DNA of 64,000 nt from an uncultured Acidobacteriota bacterium (GTDB taxonomy: Bacteria > Acidobacteriota > Vicinamibacteria > Fen-336). The position numbers were made by a program, and so were the translations under genes. Positions within the stretch are counted from its first letter, which is position 1. Each line of letters opens with the position of its first letter. The stretch spans positions 3,456,001 through 3,520,000 of the forward strand of contig OY970399.1 of assembly GCA_963720545.1 (NCBI GenBank), given 5' to 3'. This document shows positions 19,306 through 28,830 of the stretch, piece after piece. The notes under the pieces were generated by a model. It was not told the origin of the DNA, ran no database searches, and saw nothing but the letters and a program-made list of their open reading frames with translations.

Positions 19306-20582
19306 GCGTGCGCCATGCTTTGGTGGTCGGCGGCGGGGCCATTGGAGTCTGCTCCGCATGGTATCTATCGCGGTCGGGCTGGCGAGTTACCCTGCTTGAG
19401 CGCGCGCAAGTCGGGGAGGGATGCTCGTTCGGAAATGCTGGCCTGATAGTACCTAGCCATTCGGTGCCTTTGGCTGCGCCTGGCGTGTGGCAACAAGGCC
19501 TCTCATGGATGCTGCGTCCGGATGCTCCGTTCCGGTTTCAGCCCCGATTCGATGTCGACTTAGCACGTTGGCTGTGGAACTTTGTCCGCGCGTCCACGGA
19601 GCGGCACGTTCTGCGTTCATTGCCATTGTTGCGCGAACTCAGCTACGCCAGCTTACGGCTCTGGCGTGAATTGGCAGCCCTGCCTGGGTTCGACTTTGGC
19701 TACCGACAGGACGGCGTACTGATGGCCTACCGCACAACGTCAGGCTTGGAGGCCGGAGCACGCGAGGCCCAGCTCTTGCGGGCGCACGGGGTGGCCGCGG
19801 AAACCCTGGATCGCCACGCCACCGTGAAACGCGAGCCCAGCTTGCGCCATTCGGTCGCCGGTTCGGTCTATTTTCCTGACGACGCGCAAATTGTGCCGGA
19901 CCAGTTTGTGAAGGGATTGGCACAACGGGCTGCAGAGGACGGCGTGAAGACTATCCCGTCTGTCGAGGTCGGGGGGTTCAAGTTGCATGGCGAGGCGATC
20001 CGGTCGGTACAGACATCGGCCGGCGATTTCAACGCGGATCAGTTCATCCTGGCAGCAGGCACACAGTCGGCAGCGTTGGCACGAGCTGTCGAGCTGCGAC
20101 TTCCAATCGAGGCGGGCAAGGGGTACAGCATCACATTCGACCGCACTTCCACGCGTCTCAATGTGCCTCTCGTGCTCGCCGAAGACCGGCTGGCGATCAC
20201 TCCGATGGGCGACCGGCTCCGCGTGTGCGGAACTCTCGAGCTCGGCGCCCAGAACTTGTCGATCGACCGCCGCCGAGCACTTGCACAACTTAGCGCCGCT
20301 GCCTGCTGGCTCGAGGATGTGCCGACCGCCACGGACCAAACGATCGTCTGGAGCGGCCTGCGGCCGTGCACACCGGACGGTCTGCCCCTGGTTGGCCGCT
20401 CGCGACGCGTTTCCAATCTGACGATTGCCACGGGCCATGCCATGCTCGGCGTGTCACTCGCTCCCATCACCGGAAAGCTCGTTAGTCAATTGACTGGCGA
20501 CGAAGCGACGGACTTTCCTATCGATAAGTTGAGCCCGGACCGCTTTGGCGCGCGACCAGCCGGCAGACAAACCGCAGCATGA
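19302..20582 (+). CDS. D-amino acid dehydrogenase (DadA/DAO family)
   Basis: GGGAIG, 'CSFGNAG', 'GKGYS', 'WSGLRPCTPDGLP', 'ATGHAMLG'. Confidence 0.88.
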   Translation: MSVRHALVVGGGAIGVCSAWYLSRSGWRVTLLERAQVGEGCSFGNAGLIVPSHSVPLAAPGVWQQGLSWMLRPDAPFRFQPRFDVDLARWLWNFVRASTERHVLRSLPLLRELSYASLRLWRELAALPGFDFGYRQDGVLMAYRTTSGLEAGAREAQLLRAHGVAAETLDRHATVKREPSLRHSVAGSVYFPDDAQIVPDQFVKGLAQRAAEDGVKTIPSVEVGGFKLHGEAIRSVQTSAGDFNADQFILAAGTQSAALARAVELRLPIEAGKGYSITFDRTSTRLNVPLVLAEDRLAITPMGDRLRVCGTLELGAQNLSIDRRRALAQLSAAACWLEDVPTATDQTIVWSGLRPCTPDGLPLVGRSRRVSNLTIATGHAMLGVSLAPITGKLVSQLTGDEATDFPIDKLSPDRFGARPAGRQTAA

Positions 20583-21325
20583 TCAAGCGCCGACCAGTGG
20601 GTTACAAGTCCCTGAAGGAAATCGTCCACGACTACCTGGTCGAGTCGGTGCGCTCGGGACGATTGCAACCCCGCCAGAGAATCAACGAAAGGGAAATTTG
20701 CGAACAGCTCGGCGTGAGCCGCACACCGGTGCGTGAGGCACTCCTACAGCTCGAGCCCGTGGGACTTGTGTCGTTTCTGCCGCGCAAGGGAATCGTCATC
20801 AACGCCCTCACGGAGCGTGACGTTGAGGAGTTATTCGCCACTATTGGCATCTTGGAGGTGGCCGCAGCGCGCCTCGCCGTGCCCCTGCTCACCGAGGCTG
20901 ACCTGGTCAAGCTCGAGAATTACCTTGCAACGATGGAGGCACTAATCGGCCGCCGCGACCTGCAGAGCCTCAATCGAGCGATGGAAGACTTCCACGACGT
21001 TCATCTCTCGCGCTGCCCTAATGGCCTGCTGGTTCAGACCATTCGACAGCTTAAGAGGCGCTTCTACGACTCGCCTCATCGCATCGCATTCGTCACCGAA
21101 TGGGAAACCCAGCTGCTCACAGAACACAAGCGGTTGGTCAACCTGTTTCAGCAACGAGACGTGGACGGCGTAGTCGCCTTCATGCAGCTTCACTGGTCTT
21201 GGGAACATAACAAGGCCTACGCGTTGCGCAGTTATTTTCCGATGAACCGGAAAAATCCGGACAAGGACCAGAACCCTGGTGCCACGACGGGCGGGCCGAG
21301 TGGTGAACCGCAACGAGTTGGCTGA
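20579..21325 (+). CDS. GntR family transcriptional regulator (FCD type)
   Basis: HTH 'EREICEQLGVSRTPVREALLQLE'; FCD-like C-terminus (FH...N...EH). Confidence 0.92.
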   Translation: MIKRRPVGYKSLKEIVHDYLVESVRSGRLQPRQRINEREICEQLGVSRTPVREALLQLEPVGLVSFLPRKGIVINALTERDVEELFATIGILEVAAARLAVPLLTEADLVKLENYLATMEALIGRRDLQSLNRAMEDFHDVHLSRCPNGLLVQTIRQLKRRFYDSPHRIAFVTEWETQLLTEHKRLVNLFQQRDVDGVVAFMQLHWSWEHNKAYALRSYFPMNRKNPDKDQNPGATTGGPSGEPQRVG

Positions 21326-21491
21326 GTCGACCACCCACGACCCTGGGATTTACCCGATTCGGTAGCCGGTCTCACTAGTCGCATGAAATTGCCGCTGCGC
21401 TTTGCTCGAACAGAGCAGGGTATGACCAATGGTCGAATGGCGCCGCCGAACACCGGTTGGGTCTACGTACTTGGCGCCATAATGACTTCGG

Positions 21492-21580
21492 TGGTGCCGG
21501 AGGTGGGAATCGAACCCACACGACCCTTGCGAGTCTCGGGATTTTGAGTCCCGCGCGTCTGCCAGTTTCGCCACTCCGGC
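21492..21580 (-). tRNA. tRNA-Leu(CAA)
   Basis: Reverse strand reads GCCGGAGTGGCGAAACTGGCAGAC...CT-CAA-AA...GGTTCGATTCCCACCTCCGGCACCA. Confidence 0.97.
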
Positions 21581-21624
21581 CGGAGACTTGATTCTAGGGG
21601 GCTTCGGCATCGGAGAGAATTGCA

Positions 21625-22755
21625 GTGGACATGACCGACTGGGCGGCGGTGCGGCGCGACTTTCCGGTGCTTGCGAAGTATCACTACCTCGATGCGTCGG
21701 CGGCGGCGCCGACTCCGGTTGCGGTGGGGGAGGCGGTGGCGCGCTTCTACGCCGACCTCGCGCAGCACGGCGACCTGCCCTGGAACGGCTGGCTCGCCGA
21801 GCGTGAGGCGATTCGCGAGCGGATCGCTCGCTTCATCGGCGCCACCGCGGACGAGATCGCGTTCACCGCCAACACCTCGGCGGGCATCAACCTGATCGTG
21901 GACGTGCTGGCCGAGGACGGGCCGGTGGTCGCGAGCAGCCGCGAGTTCCCGACGGTGACGCTGCCGTGGTTACACAGGGGCGTTCCGGTACGCTTCGTCG
22001 AGCCGCGGGACGGTGCCGTAATCGCGGATGACTTCACGCGCGCGGCGGCGCCGGAGGCCGCCACCATTGCCGTCAGCCACGTGCAGTTCGCGAACGGCTA
22101 CCGCGTCGACTTGCCGTCGTTCGCCGCCATAAAGGATGGGCGTTCGCTGGTCGTTTCCGCGAGCCAGTCGGCGGGTGCGCTGCCCATCGACGTGCGCGCT
22201 TTCGGCATCGATGCGCTCGCGGTCGGCGGCCACAAGTGGATGTGCGCCGGCTACGGCACCGGCTTTGCGTACATCTCGAAGGAGATCCTCGCGCGCCGGC
22301 CGCCGCGGGCCATCGGCTGGATGAGCGGGGCCAACCCGTTCGGCTTCGACCCGCGCCACATCGACCTGCTGCCGACCAACCAGCGTTCCGAACTCGGATG
22401 TCCGGCGTTTCCGTCGATTTTCGCGCTCGGCGCCGCCGCCGCTTACCTCGCCGGCATCGGCATCGAGGCGATCGCGGCGCGCATCCTGGCGCTGAACGAA
22501 GCGCTGACGACGGCACTGCAGAAGAACGGCTTCGAGGTGCTGTCGCCAGGCGGCGCGCATCGCTCGGGGGCCACGCTCGTGCGCGTTGCCGACTCCGAGC
22601 AGGCGGTGCGCCACCTGCGCAGCCGGCGCGTGCTCGTGTCGCCGAAGCCCGAAGGCGTGCGCATCGCGACGCACTTCTACAACGACGGATCCGACATCGA
22701 CGCGTGCGTCGCGGCGCTCGTTTCGTGGCGTCAAATGGCGGCGCCGCGGGTGTAA
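21625..22755 (+). CDS. Aminotransferase class V PLP enzyme (cysteine desulfurase/isopenicillin epimerase-like)
   Basis: 'VRRDFPVL...YLDAS', 'EIAFTANTS', 'GGHKW' PLP lysine, 'RIATHFYN'. Confidence 0.85.
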   Translation: MDMTDWAAVRRDFPVLAKYHYLDASAAAPTPVAVGEAVARFYADLAQHGDLPWNGWLAEREAIRERIARFIGATADEIAFTANTSAGINLIVDVLAEDGPVVASSREFPTVTLPWLHRGVPVRFVEPRDGAVIADDFTRAAAPEAATIAVSHVQFANGYRVDLPSFAAIKDGRSLVVSASQSAGALPIDVRAFGIDALAVGGHKWMCAGYGTGFAYISKEILARRPPRAIGWMSGANPFGFDPRHIDLLPTNQRSELGCPAFPSIFALGAAAAYLAGIGIEAIAARILALNEALTTALQKNGFEVLSPGGAHRSGATLVRVADSEQAVRHLRSRRVLVSPKPEGVRIATHFYNDGSDIDACVAALVSWRQMAAPRV

Positions 22756-22778
22756 GCTAGGCGAAGAGCACCCCCCAA

Positions 22779-23342
22779 GTGAGTTTCCAGGTCGGAGAAA
22801 AAGTCGTCTATCCGAACCATGGTCTCGGCGTCGTCGAGGCGATAGAGAGCCGCCCCACGCCCACCGGCAAGATCGACGGATACGGCCTGCGCATCCTGGC
22901 CAACGACTCGCGCGTCTGGGTGCCGCAGAAGGGCGCCGCCGACATAGGGCTGCGTCCCATCGCCAACAACCGCGAAGTCCGGCAGATCTTCGACCTGCTG
23001 AGCGGGTCGGCGGTAGACCAGAGCAGCAACTGGAAGGGCCGTTTCAAGGAGAACTCGGACAAGATGCGCACCGGCAGCCTGCTGGAGGTTGCCGAGGTGC
23101 TGAAGGGCCTCAGTTACCTGGTCCGCAGCAAGGGGCTGTCGTTTCGCGAGAAGCGCATGCTGGAGCGGGCCAAGTTCCTTGTGGTCAGTGAGATAGCAGA
23201 AGCCGACGCCCGCAGCGTGCAAAGCGTCGAAGAGCGCGTCGAAAAGGCCCTCACGCGCGCTTTTGGCCCCACCTCGCCCAATAGCGACGCACCGAAGCCG
23301 CGCCAGCGGCCCGTCTTCAGCTCCCGCCGCTCCGACGCCTGA
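22779..23342 (+). CDS. carD: CarD family transcriptional regulator
   Basis: 'FQVGEKVVYPNHGLG', 'NWKGRFKEN', 'LSFREKRML'. Confidence 0.92.
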   Translation: MSFQVGEKVVYPNHGLGVVEAIESRPTPTGKIDGYGLRILANDSRVWVPQKGAADIGLRPIANNREVRQIFDLLSGSAVDQSSNWKGRFKENSDKMRTGSLLEVAEVLKGLSYLVRSKGLSFREKRMLERAKFLVVSEIAEADARSVQSVEERVEKALTRAFGPTSPNSDAPKPRQRPVFSSRRSDA

Positions 23343-23380
23343 GCGAACGTGCGCCAATCGGCGCATCTCTTGTAGCTACC

Positions 23381-23410
23381 TTGACTTCGGGGGAATCCGG
23401 GGCCTACAAT
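23381..23410 (+). promoter_or_regulatory. Sigma70 promoter of the HU/IHF gene
   Basis: TTGACT-N18-TACAAT. Confidence 0.6.
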
Positions 23411-23468
23411 GCCTCGAATTTCAAGCGCTATGGACCCTGCCCTCGACCCGGAAAAAATCATCGGCGCT

Positions 23469-23798
23469 ATGACCAAGGCTGACCTCATCAATGTGGTCGC
23501 CAAGCGCCTCGACATCACCCAGGTGCAGTCCGGCATCATCGTCGAGGCGGCGCTGCGCAGCATCGTGCAGGCGCTGCAGCGCGGCGACGAGGTCGAGATC
23601 CGGGGCTTCGGCAGCTTCCGTTTCCGCAACCGCGCGCCGCGCAAGGGCCGCAACCCCAAGACCGGCGAGAAGGTCGACGTGCCGCCCAAGCGCATCCCGT
23701 ACTTCAAGATGGGCAAGGAGTTGAAGGCTTTGCTCAACGAGAGCGCCCCGGCCGCAGAGCCGGTTGCCGCGGCCACCGGCACCGCGGGCGACGTCTAG
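23469..23798 (+). CDS. HU/IHF family DNA-binding protein (IHF-beta-like)
   Basis: 'MTKADLI', 'VEIRGFGSF', 'GRNPKTGE', 'FKMGKELK'. Confidence 0.93.
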   Translation: MTKADLINVVAKRLDITQVQSGIIVEAALRSIVQALQRGDEVEIRGFGSFRFRNRAPRKGRNPKTGEKVDVPPKRIPYFKMGKELKALLNESAPAAEPVAAATGTAGDV

Positions 23799-23834
23799 CG
23801 CCGCGCGCGCCCTAGCGGGCCGCGACTGCCGCCG

Positions 23835-24536
23835 ATGATCCGGGGACTCCTCGCCGTCGTGATCGTCGGCCTTTACATGCTCGTCGGCGGCTGCATCGGC
23901 TACCTGCTGGCGCGGCTCTTCCGCTCGCCGCACCTTCTCTACGCGTTCGGCCGCTGCGGCGGGCGCCTGGCTCTGTGGCTCACCGGCATGAGGCTCGAGG
24001 TGCATGGCAAGGAAAAGCTCGGCGACCTGCGCAACACGGTGGTGATGGCGAACCACGAGAGCCTGGTGGACGCCGTCATCATGGCGCTCGTCCTGCCCGT
24101 CGACTTCAAGGCGGTGGTGAAGAAGGAGCTGTTCCGCTTTCCGTTCTTCGGCGCGTGCCTGCGCTACGCCGGCTTCATCGAGGTGGACCGCAAGGACCGC
24201 CGTCAGGCGACGCAGGCGATGACGCGTGCCTCAGCGGCGCTGCGCTCGGGGCAGTGCTTCATCATCTTTCCCGAGGGCACGCGCACGCGCACCGGCGAAC
24301 TCGGGCCGTTCAAGAAGGGCGGCTTCGTGGTGGCGAGCGAAGCGCGCAGCCGGATCCTGCCGATAGCGCTGGTCGGCGTGCGCAAGCTGATGCCGAGCGA
24401 CAGCTTCAGCGTCACGCCCGGCACCGTCCGCGCGGTGGTGCTCGAGGACGTGAGCGCCGCCGACTCGAGCTATGACGATCGCGAGGCGCTGGCGCAAGTC
24501 GTGCGCGGCCGCATCGCCGCGGCGCTCGCCGGCTGA
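23835..24536 (+). CDS. plsC: 1-acyl-sn-glycerol-3-phosphate acyltransferase family
   Basis: NHESLVD (NHxxxxD) and FPEGTR motifs. Confidence 0.88.
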   Translation: MIRGLLAVVIVGLYMLVGGCIGYLLARLFRSPHLLYAFGRCGGRLALWLTGMRLEVHGKEKLGDLRNTVVMANHESLVDAVIMALVLPVDFKAVVKKELFRFPFFGACLRYAGFIEVDRKDRRQATQAMTRASAALRSGQCFIIFPEGTRTRTGELGPFKKGGFVVASEARSRILPIALVGVRKLMPSDSFSVTPGTVRAVVLEDVSAADSSYDDREALAQVVRGRIAAALAG

Positions 24537-24553
24537 ACGGCTGTGGTTTTTTT

Positions 24554-25105
24554 CTAGCGGCGCAGCGCCGGCTCGGCCTGGTCGAGCGGCTGGCCGGCAA
24601 TGTCCTTCGCGGAAAGGATTGGCGCCCGCAGCGGCCACGCGATGCCGATGCGCGGGTCGTTCCACAGCAGCGTGCGGTCCTCCGCGGCCGCGTACGGCCG
24701 CGTGCAGCCGTAGTGGACGAGCGCGGTCTCGCTGAGGACGGCGAAGCCGTGCGCGAAGCCTTCGGGTATCCACATCTGGCGGTGGTTCTCGGCGCTGAGG
24801 CGCTCGCCGTGCCACTTGCCGAAGGTGGCCGATTCGCGCCGCAGGTCCACGGCCACGTCGAACACCTCGCCTTCGAGCACCGAGACCAGCTTGCCCTGCC
24901 AGCCGGGGTGCTGGTAGTGCAGCCCGCGCAGCACGCCGCCGCGCGAACGCGAGACATTCGTCTGTACGAAACCAGCCGCGATGCCCACCGCCGCCAGGCT
25001 CTCGCTGTTGGCGAGCTCGAGGAAGCTGCCCCGGTCATCGGCGAAGACCCGCGGCGTCAGGATGCGCAAGCCGGCGATCGGCGTCGATTCGGCCTGCAGG
25101 CTCAT
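24554..25105 (-). CDS. rfbC: dTDP-4-dehydrorhamnose 3,5-epimerase
   Basis: 'VFADDRGSF', 'VLRGLHYQ', 'QGKLV', 'GFAHGF'; ATGA overlap with rfbA. Confidence 0.93.
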   Translation of the reverse strand: MSLQAESTPIAGLRILTPRVFADDRGSFLELANSESLAAVGIAAGFVQTNVSRSRGGVLRGLHYQHPGWQGKLVSVLEGEVFDVAVDLRRESATFGKWHGERLSAENHRQMWIPEGFAHGFAVLSETALVHYGCTRPYAAAEDRTLLWNDPRIGIAWPLRAPILSAKDIAGQPLDQAEPALRR

Positions 25106-25980
25106 TCCGGCTCGCCGCCCGCGTCGAGCAGGTCGCGCAGGTACTGGCCGTAGTCGTTCTCCATGTTGTCGGTGAGGGCGCGCAGGTGGTCGCGGCCGAT
25201 GAAGCCCATCTGGTAGGCGACTTCCTCGATGCACGCGACCTTGAGCCCCTGGCGTTCCTCGATCGCCTGGATGTAGTTGGAAGCCTGCACCAGCGACTGC
25301 TGCGTGCCGGTGTCGAGCCAGGCCACGCCGCGGCCGAGCTTCTCGACCGCCAGCTCGCGCCGCTGCAGGTAGGCGCGGTTGAGGTCGGTGATCTCGAGCT
25401 CGCCGCGCGCCGAGGGCGAGAGGCGGGCGGCTTCGTCGCACACCGTGCCGTCGTAGAAATAGAGGCCGGTGACGGCATAGCGCGACTTGGCGAGCCGCGG
25501 CTTCTCCTCGATGCCGACGGCGCGCCCCGCGGCGTCGAACTCGAGGACTCCGTAGCGCTCCGGGTCCTTGACGCGATAGGCGAACACGGTGGCGCCGCGG
25601 GTGCGCCGCGCCGCGGCCTGCAGCTGCTCCACCATGCCCTCGCCGTAGAAGATGTTGTCGCCGAGCACCAGCGCGCAGCCCGAGCCGGCCAGGAACTCGC
25701 GCGCGATCAGGAACGCCTGGGCGATGCCCTGCGGCTTCGGCTGTTCCGCGTAGCGCAGCGCGATGCCGACGCGCGAGCCGTCGCCGAGCAGCTCGTGGAA
25801 GCGCGGCAGGTCGCGCGGCGTCGAGATCACCAGGATCTCGCGGATGCCCGCGAGCATCAGCGTCGACAGCGGGTAGTAGATCATCGGCTTGTCGTACACG
25901 GGCAGCAGCTGCTTGCTGACCACGTTGGTGAGTGGCGCGAGGCGGGTGCCGGAGCCGCCGGCGAGCACGATGCCCTTCAT
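25102..25980 (-). CDS. rfbA: Glucose-1-phosphate thymidylyltransferase
   Basis: '[14 protein letters not shown]', '[17 protein letters not shown]', '[10 protein letters not shown]', 'WLDTGT'. Confidence 0.96.
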   Translation of the reverse strand: MKGIVLAGGSGTRLAPLTNVVSKQLLPVYDKPMIYYPLSTLMLAGIREILVISTPRDLPRFHELLGDGSRVGIALRYAEQPKPQGIAQAFLIAREFLAGSGCALVLGDNIFYGEGMVEQLQAAARRTRGATVFAYRVKDPERYGVLEFDAAGRAVGIEEKPRLAKSRYAVTGLYFYDGTVCDEAARLSPSARGELEITDLNRAYLQRRELAVEKLGRGVAWLDTGTQQSLVQASNYIQAIEERQGLKVACIEEVAYQMGFIGRDHLRALTDNMENDYGQYLRDLLDAGGEPE

Positions 25981-27062
25981 GGCTGCGCCTTGCGGTTTGC
26001 GTAATTCGCCTCGACCCACGCGGCGTACCCGGAGCCGGCGCGCGTGGCGCCTTGCACCCAGGCGTCGTTCTCGAGATACCACGCGACCGTGCGCCGCAGG
26101 CCCTCGAGGAACGGCGTCTTTGGCCGGAAGCCCAGCTCGCGGGCGATCTTGGCGGCGTCGATCGCGTAGCGGCGGTCGTGCCCGGGACGGTCGACGACGT
26201 GCTCGATGAGCCCGGCGTGCGGCGCGCCGTTGGGTCGCACCTCGTCGAGGATGGCGCAGATGGCATTCACCACTTCGGCGTTCGTCTTCTCCGAGTCGCC
26301 GCCGACGTTGTAGGTCTCGCCGGGACGGCCCGAGCGCAGCACCGCCACGATCGCATGGCAGTGGTCCTCGACGTACAGCCAGTCGCGCACCTGGCCGCCG
26401 TCGCCGTAGACCGGCAGCGGCCTGGAGGCGGCGCCTTGCAGCGTCATCAGCGGGATCAGCTTTTCCGGATGCTGCCGAGGGCCGTAGTTGTTCGAGCAGT
26501 TCGTGGTGAGTGTCGGCAGCGCGAACGTGTGATGGTAGGCGCGCACCAGGTGATCGGCGGACGCCTTGCTCGCCGCGTAAGGCGAGTTGGGACGGTACGG
26601 CGTCTCCTCGGTGAAAGCCGGATCGCCGGGCCCGAGGCTGCCGTAGACCTCGTCGGTCGACACGTGCAGGAAGCGGAATCGCTGCTGCTCGAGGGCGCCG
26701 AGCTTGCGCCAATGCTCGAGCGCCGCGCGCAGCAGGCCGTGCGTGCCGACCACGTTGGTCGCGACGAACACCGCGGGGCCGAGGATGGAACGGTCGACGT
26801 GCGACTCGGCGGCGAAGTTGACGATTGCATCGGGGCGGTGGTGGGCCAGCAGGGCGCCGACGAGCGCCGCGTCGCCGATGTCGCCGTGCACGAACGCATG
26901 CTCCGGATCGGCACCCAGTTCGCTCAGGTTTTCGAGGCGGCCGGCGTAGGTGAGCAGGTCGAGGTTGACTATGCGGGCCCAGCCTGAGGCACGCGCCAGC
27001 CGCACGAAGTTGGAGCCGATGAAGCCGGCGCCCCCGGTCACGAGCCACGTGGGGGTCGTCAC
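25977..27062 (-). CDS. rfbB: dTDP-glucose 4,6-dehydratase
   Basis: '[10 protein letters not shown]', '[11 protein letters not shown]', 'HVSTDEVYG', 'PYAASKA', 'DRPGHDRRY'. Confidence 0.96.
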   Translation of the reverse strand: MTTPTWLVTGGAGFIGSNFVRLARASGWARIVNLDLLTYAGRLENLSELGADPEHAFVHGDIGDAALVGALLAHHRPDAIVNFAAESHVDRSILGPAVFVATNVVGTHGLLRAALEHWRKLGALEQQRFRFLHVSTDEVYGSLGPGDPAFTEETPYRPNSPYAASKASADHLVRAYHHTFALPTLTTNCSNNYGPRQHPEKLIPLMTLQGAASRPLPVYGDGGQVRDWLYVEDHCHAIVAVLRSGRPGETYNVGGDSEKTNAEVVNAICAILDEVRPNGAPHAGLIEHVVDRPGHDRRYAIDAAKIARELGFRPKTPFLEGLRRTVAWYLENDAWVQGATRAGSGYAAWVEANYANRKAQP

Positions 27063-27082
27063 GGCGGTATGTTACGCGAAGG

Positions 27083-27718
27083 TCAGTGCAGGCCGGTGAT
27101 CGTGCGCAGCTCGTCGAGCGACGCCGCCAGCACATCGGGCCGCGCCGCGCGCAGCGAGCCGCGGTTCGGGAAGCCGCCGTCGATGCCGACCGCGAACACT
27201 CCGGCGCCGCGCGCCATCTCGATGTCCTCGGGGCTGTCGCCGACGTACGCGGCCTCGGCCGGCCGGACCTTGAGTTGCTCGAGTGCCAGGCGCAGCCCTT
27301 CGGGATCGGGCTTCTTGCGCGTGATGTCGTCGCCGCACACCAGCGCGTCGAAGCGGGTGTCGAGGCGGTGGCGCGCCAGCTCGGGCTCGACGCGCACGCG
27401 CTCGCCGCTCGTCACGAGGCCCAGGCTCGCGCCGGCCGCGTCGAAGCCTTCGATGAGCGACAGGGCCCCCGGCCGCAGGCAGATGGTTTCGCTCGCCCAC
27501 AGTTCGAGGTAGCGCTGGTCGGTGCTGTGCCAGTGATCGCGGTGCAGGCCCAGCGCCGTGTACGTGCGTTCCCAGTTGGGAGAGTACGTCAGCTCGTGGA
27601 CGCCGCGGTCGAACGGGATGCCGCGCTCCGCGAACATGCGTTCGTAGACCCGGTAGCAGGCCTCCGCCGAATCGAGCAGCGTGCCGTCCCAGTCGAAGAG
27701 GAGAGCGCGGAACTTCAT
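27083..27718 (-). CDS. HAD-IA family hydrolase (phosphoglycolate phosphatase-like)
   Basis: 'FDWDGTL', 'KPDP', 'YVGDS'. Confidence 0.9.
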   Translation of the reverse strand: MKFRALLFDWDGTLLDSAEACYRVYERMFAERGIPFDRGVHELTYSPNWERTYTALGLHRDHWHSTDQRYLELWASETICLRPGALSLIEGFDAAGASLGLVTSGERVRVEPELARHRLDTRFDALVCGDDITRKKPDPEGLRLALEQLKVRPAEAAYVGDSPEDIEMARGAGVFAVGIDGGFPNRGSLRAARPDVLAASLDELRTITGLH

Positions 27719-27984
27719 CGGTGGAAGGCGAGCGTGGCGCTCAGGGCGAGCACCAGCAAGGCGCCGAGAGACAGCGCCGCGAACACGTAGTCTCGGCGGT
27801 GCAGCAGGCCGATCGTCAGCACAAGGACGCGCACTCCGGGGGTGACCATCAACAGCAGGATACCGGCATAGAGCAACGGCACGATGCTCGACAGAAGCCC
27901 GGCCGTGAGCAGGATCGCACTCGCCACCAGGCCGGTGGTGAGCAGGCGTTCGACGAAGGCTTCGAGCCGGCCGCCGACCTTCAT
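27715..27984 (-). CDS. Small membrane protein (DUF1634-like)
   Basis: 89 aa, hydrophobic, 'GILLLMVTPGVRV...RRDY'; the usual partner of TauE/SafE; ATGA overlaps on both sides. Confidence 0.75.
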   Translation of the reverse strand: MKVGGRLEAFVERLLTTGLVASAILLTAGLLSSIVPLLYAGILLLMVTPGVRVLVLTIGLLHRRDYVFAALSLGALLVLALSATLAFHR

Positions 27985-28796
27985 CGCGCCGGGATCCGCA
28001 TCGCCATCTGCACCGCAACCCCAAGCAGCACAACGGCCATCAGGATCTTGAGCGCCTGCGGCTCCGACTTGTGCGCGAGGTGCGCGCCGGCGATGCTCGC
28101 CGGCAGCGCGCCCAGCGCCACGGCAGCGGTCGCCGGCAGCAGCACGTCGCCGCGCGCGAGGTAGAGGAATGCCGACGCCGAGGCTGTGACACCGATCATG
28201 AAGGTGCTGGTGGCGGTCGCGACCCTGATGGGGATGCCGCAGAAGGCGTTCAGGACCGGCACCTTGATGATGCCGCCACCGAGACCGAGCAGGCCGGAGA
28301 TGGCGCCCGCGAAGAGCGACGCCACCAGGCCCAGGCCAAGCCGCTTCGGCCGGTAGACGAAAGTGTTCTCGCCCTCGAGCAGCCGCCCGCCGAGGACGCC
28401 GGGATCCTGGTTGGCGTCGAGCACGTTGCGGCGGCGCGAGCGCAGCGCGACCACCACGCCCATCAGGAAGAGCGTCGCGGAGAACAGGATGTGGAGCGTG
28501 CGGCTCGAGAGCGACGCGGCGAGCAGGCCGCCCGAGATGCCGCCGATGCTCGTCGCCAGTTCGAGGAACAGGCCCAGGCGGATGTTGACGAGGCCGCGGC
28601 GCAGGCCGGCGGTGGCCGAGGCGGTGGCGGTGGCGATGACGCAGATGAGACTGGCAGCCACGGCGGAGCGGATGGGCAGCCCGAAGGCGAGGGTGAGGAG
28701 CGGCACCAGGAAGACACCGCCGCCGATGCCGAGCAGCGACCCGACGAGGCCGGTGGCGGCGCCCGTCAGGAAGTAAACCGGCAGGGAGCCGTCCAT
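27981..28796 (-). CDS. Sulfite exporter TauE/SafE family protein
   Basis: Two repeats 'GSLLGIGGGVFLVP' and 'SGLLGLGGGIIKVP'; 'ATATSTFMIGVTA'. Confidence 0.9.
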   Translation of the reverse strand: MDGSLPVYFLTGAATGLVGSLLGIGGGVFLVPLLTLAFGLPIRSAVAASLICVIATATASATAGLRRGLVNIRLGLFLELATSIGGISGGLLAASLSSRTLHILFSATLFLMGVVVALRSRRRNVLDANQDPGVLGGRLLEGENTFVYRPKRLGLGLVASLFAGAISGLLGLGGGIIKVPVLNAFCGIPIRVATATSTFMIGVTASASAFLYLARGDVLLPATAAVALGALPASIAGAHLAHKSEPQALKILMAVVLLGVAVQMAMRIPAR

Positions 28797-28830
28797 GGGG
28801 CTCACAATGGTATCCCGATACAATGCGTCC

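Larger units (their letters stand above)
13370..21490. mobile_element. Putative horizontally acquired island next to tRNA-Leu(CAA); no intact integrase
   Basis: Abrupt GC drop (spot counts: 34/60 on line 15001 vs 45/60 on line 12721); more A/T-ending codons; abuts the tRNA 3' end; boundaries approximate. Confidence 0.65.

Noticed and set aside
13352..21491. 8-bp inverted match CCGAAGTC at both island ends as terminal inverted repeats
   Set aside because: It is too short to exceed chance, the left copy is part of a hairpin after the PAP2 gene, and there is no transposase.
3035..21580. Two tRNA-Leu genes in inverted orientation sharing their ends (GCCGGAGTGG...CCTCCGGCACCA), as possible boundaries of an invertible or integrated segment
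   Set aside because: Both are complete isoacceptors and the similarity reflects normal tRNA conservation. There is no recombinase, and 3.2-13.3 kb has host-like composition.
24554..27062. rfbBAC without rfbD
   Set aside because: rfbD is often located elsewhere, and this cannot be judged from one window.
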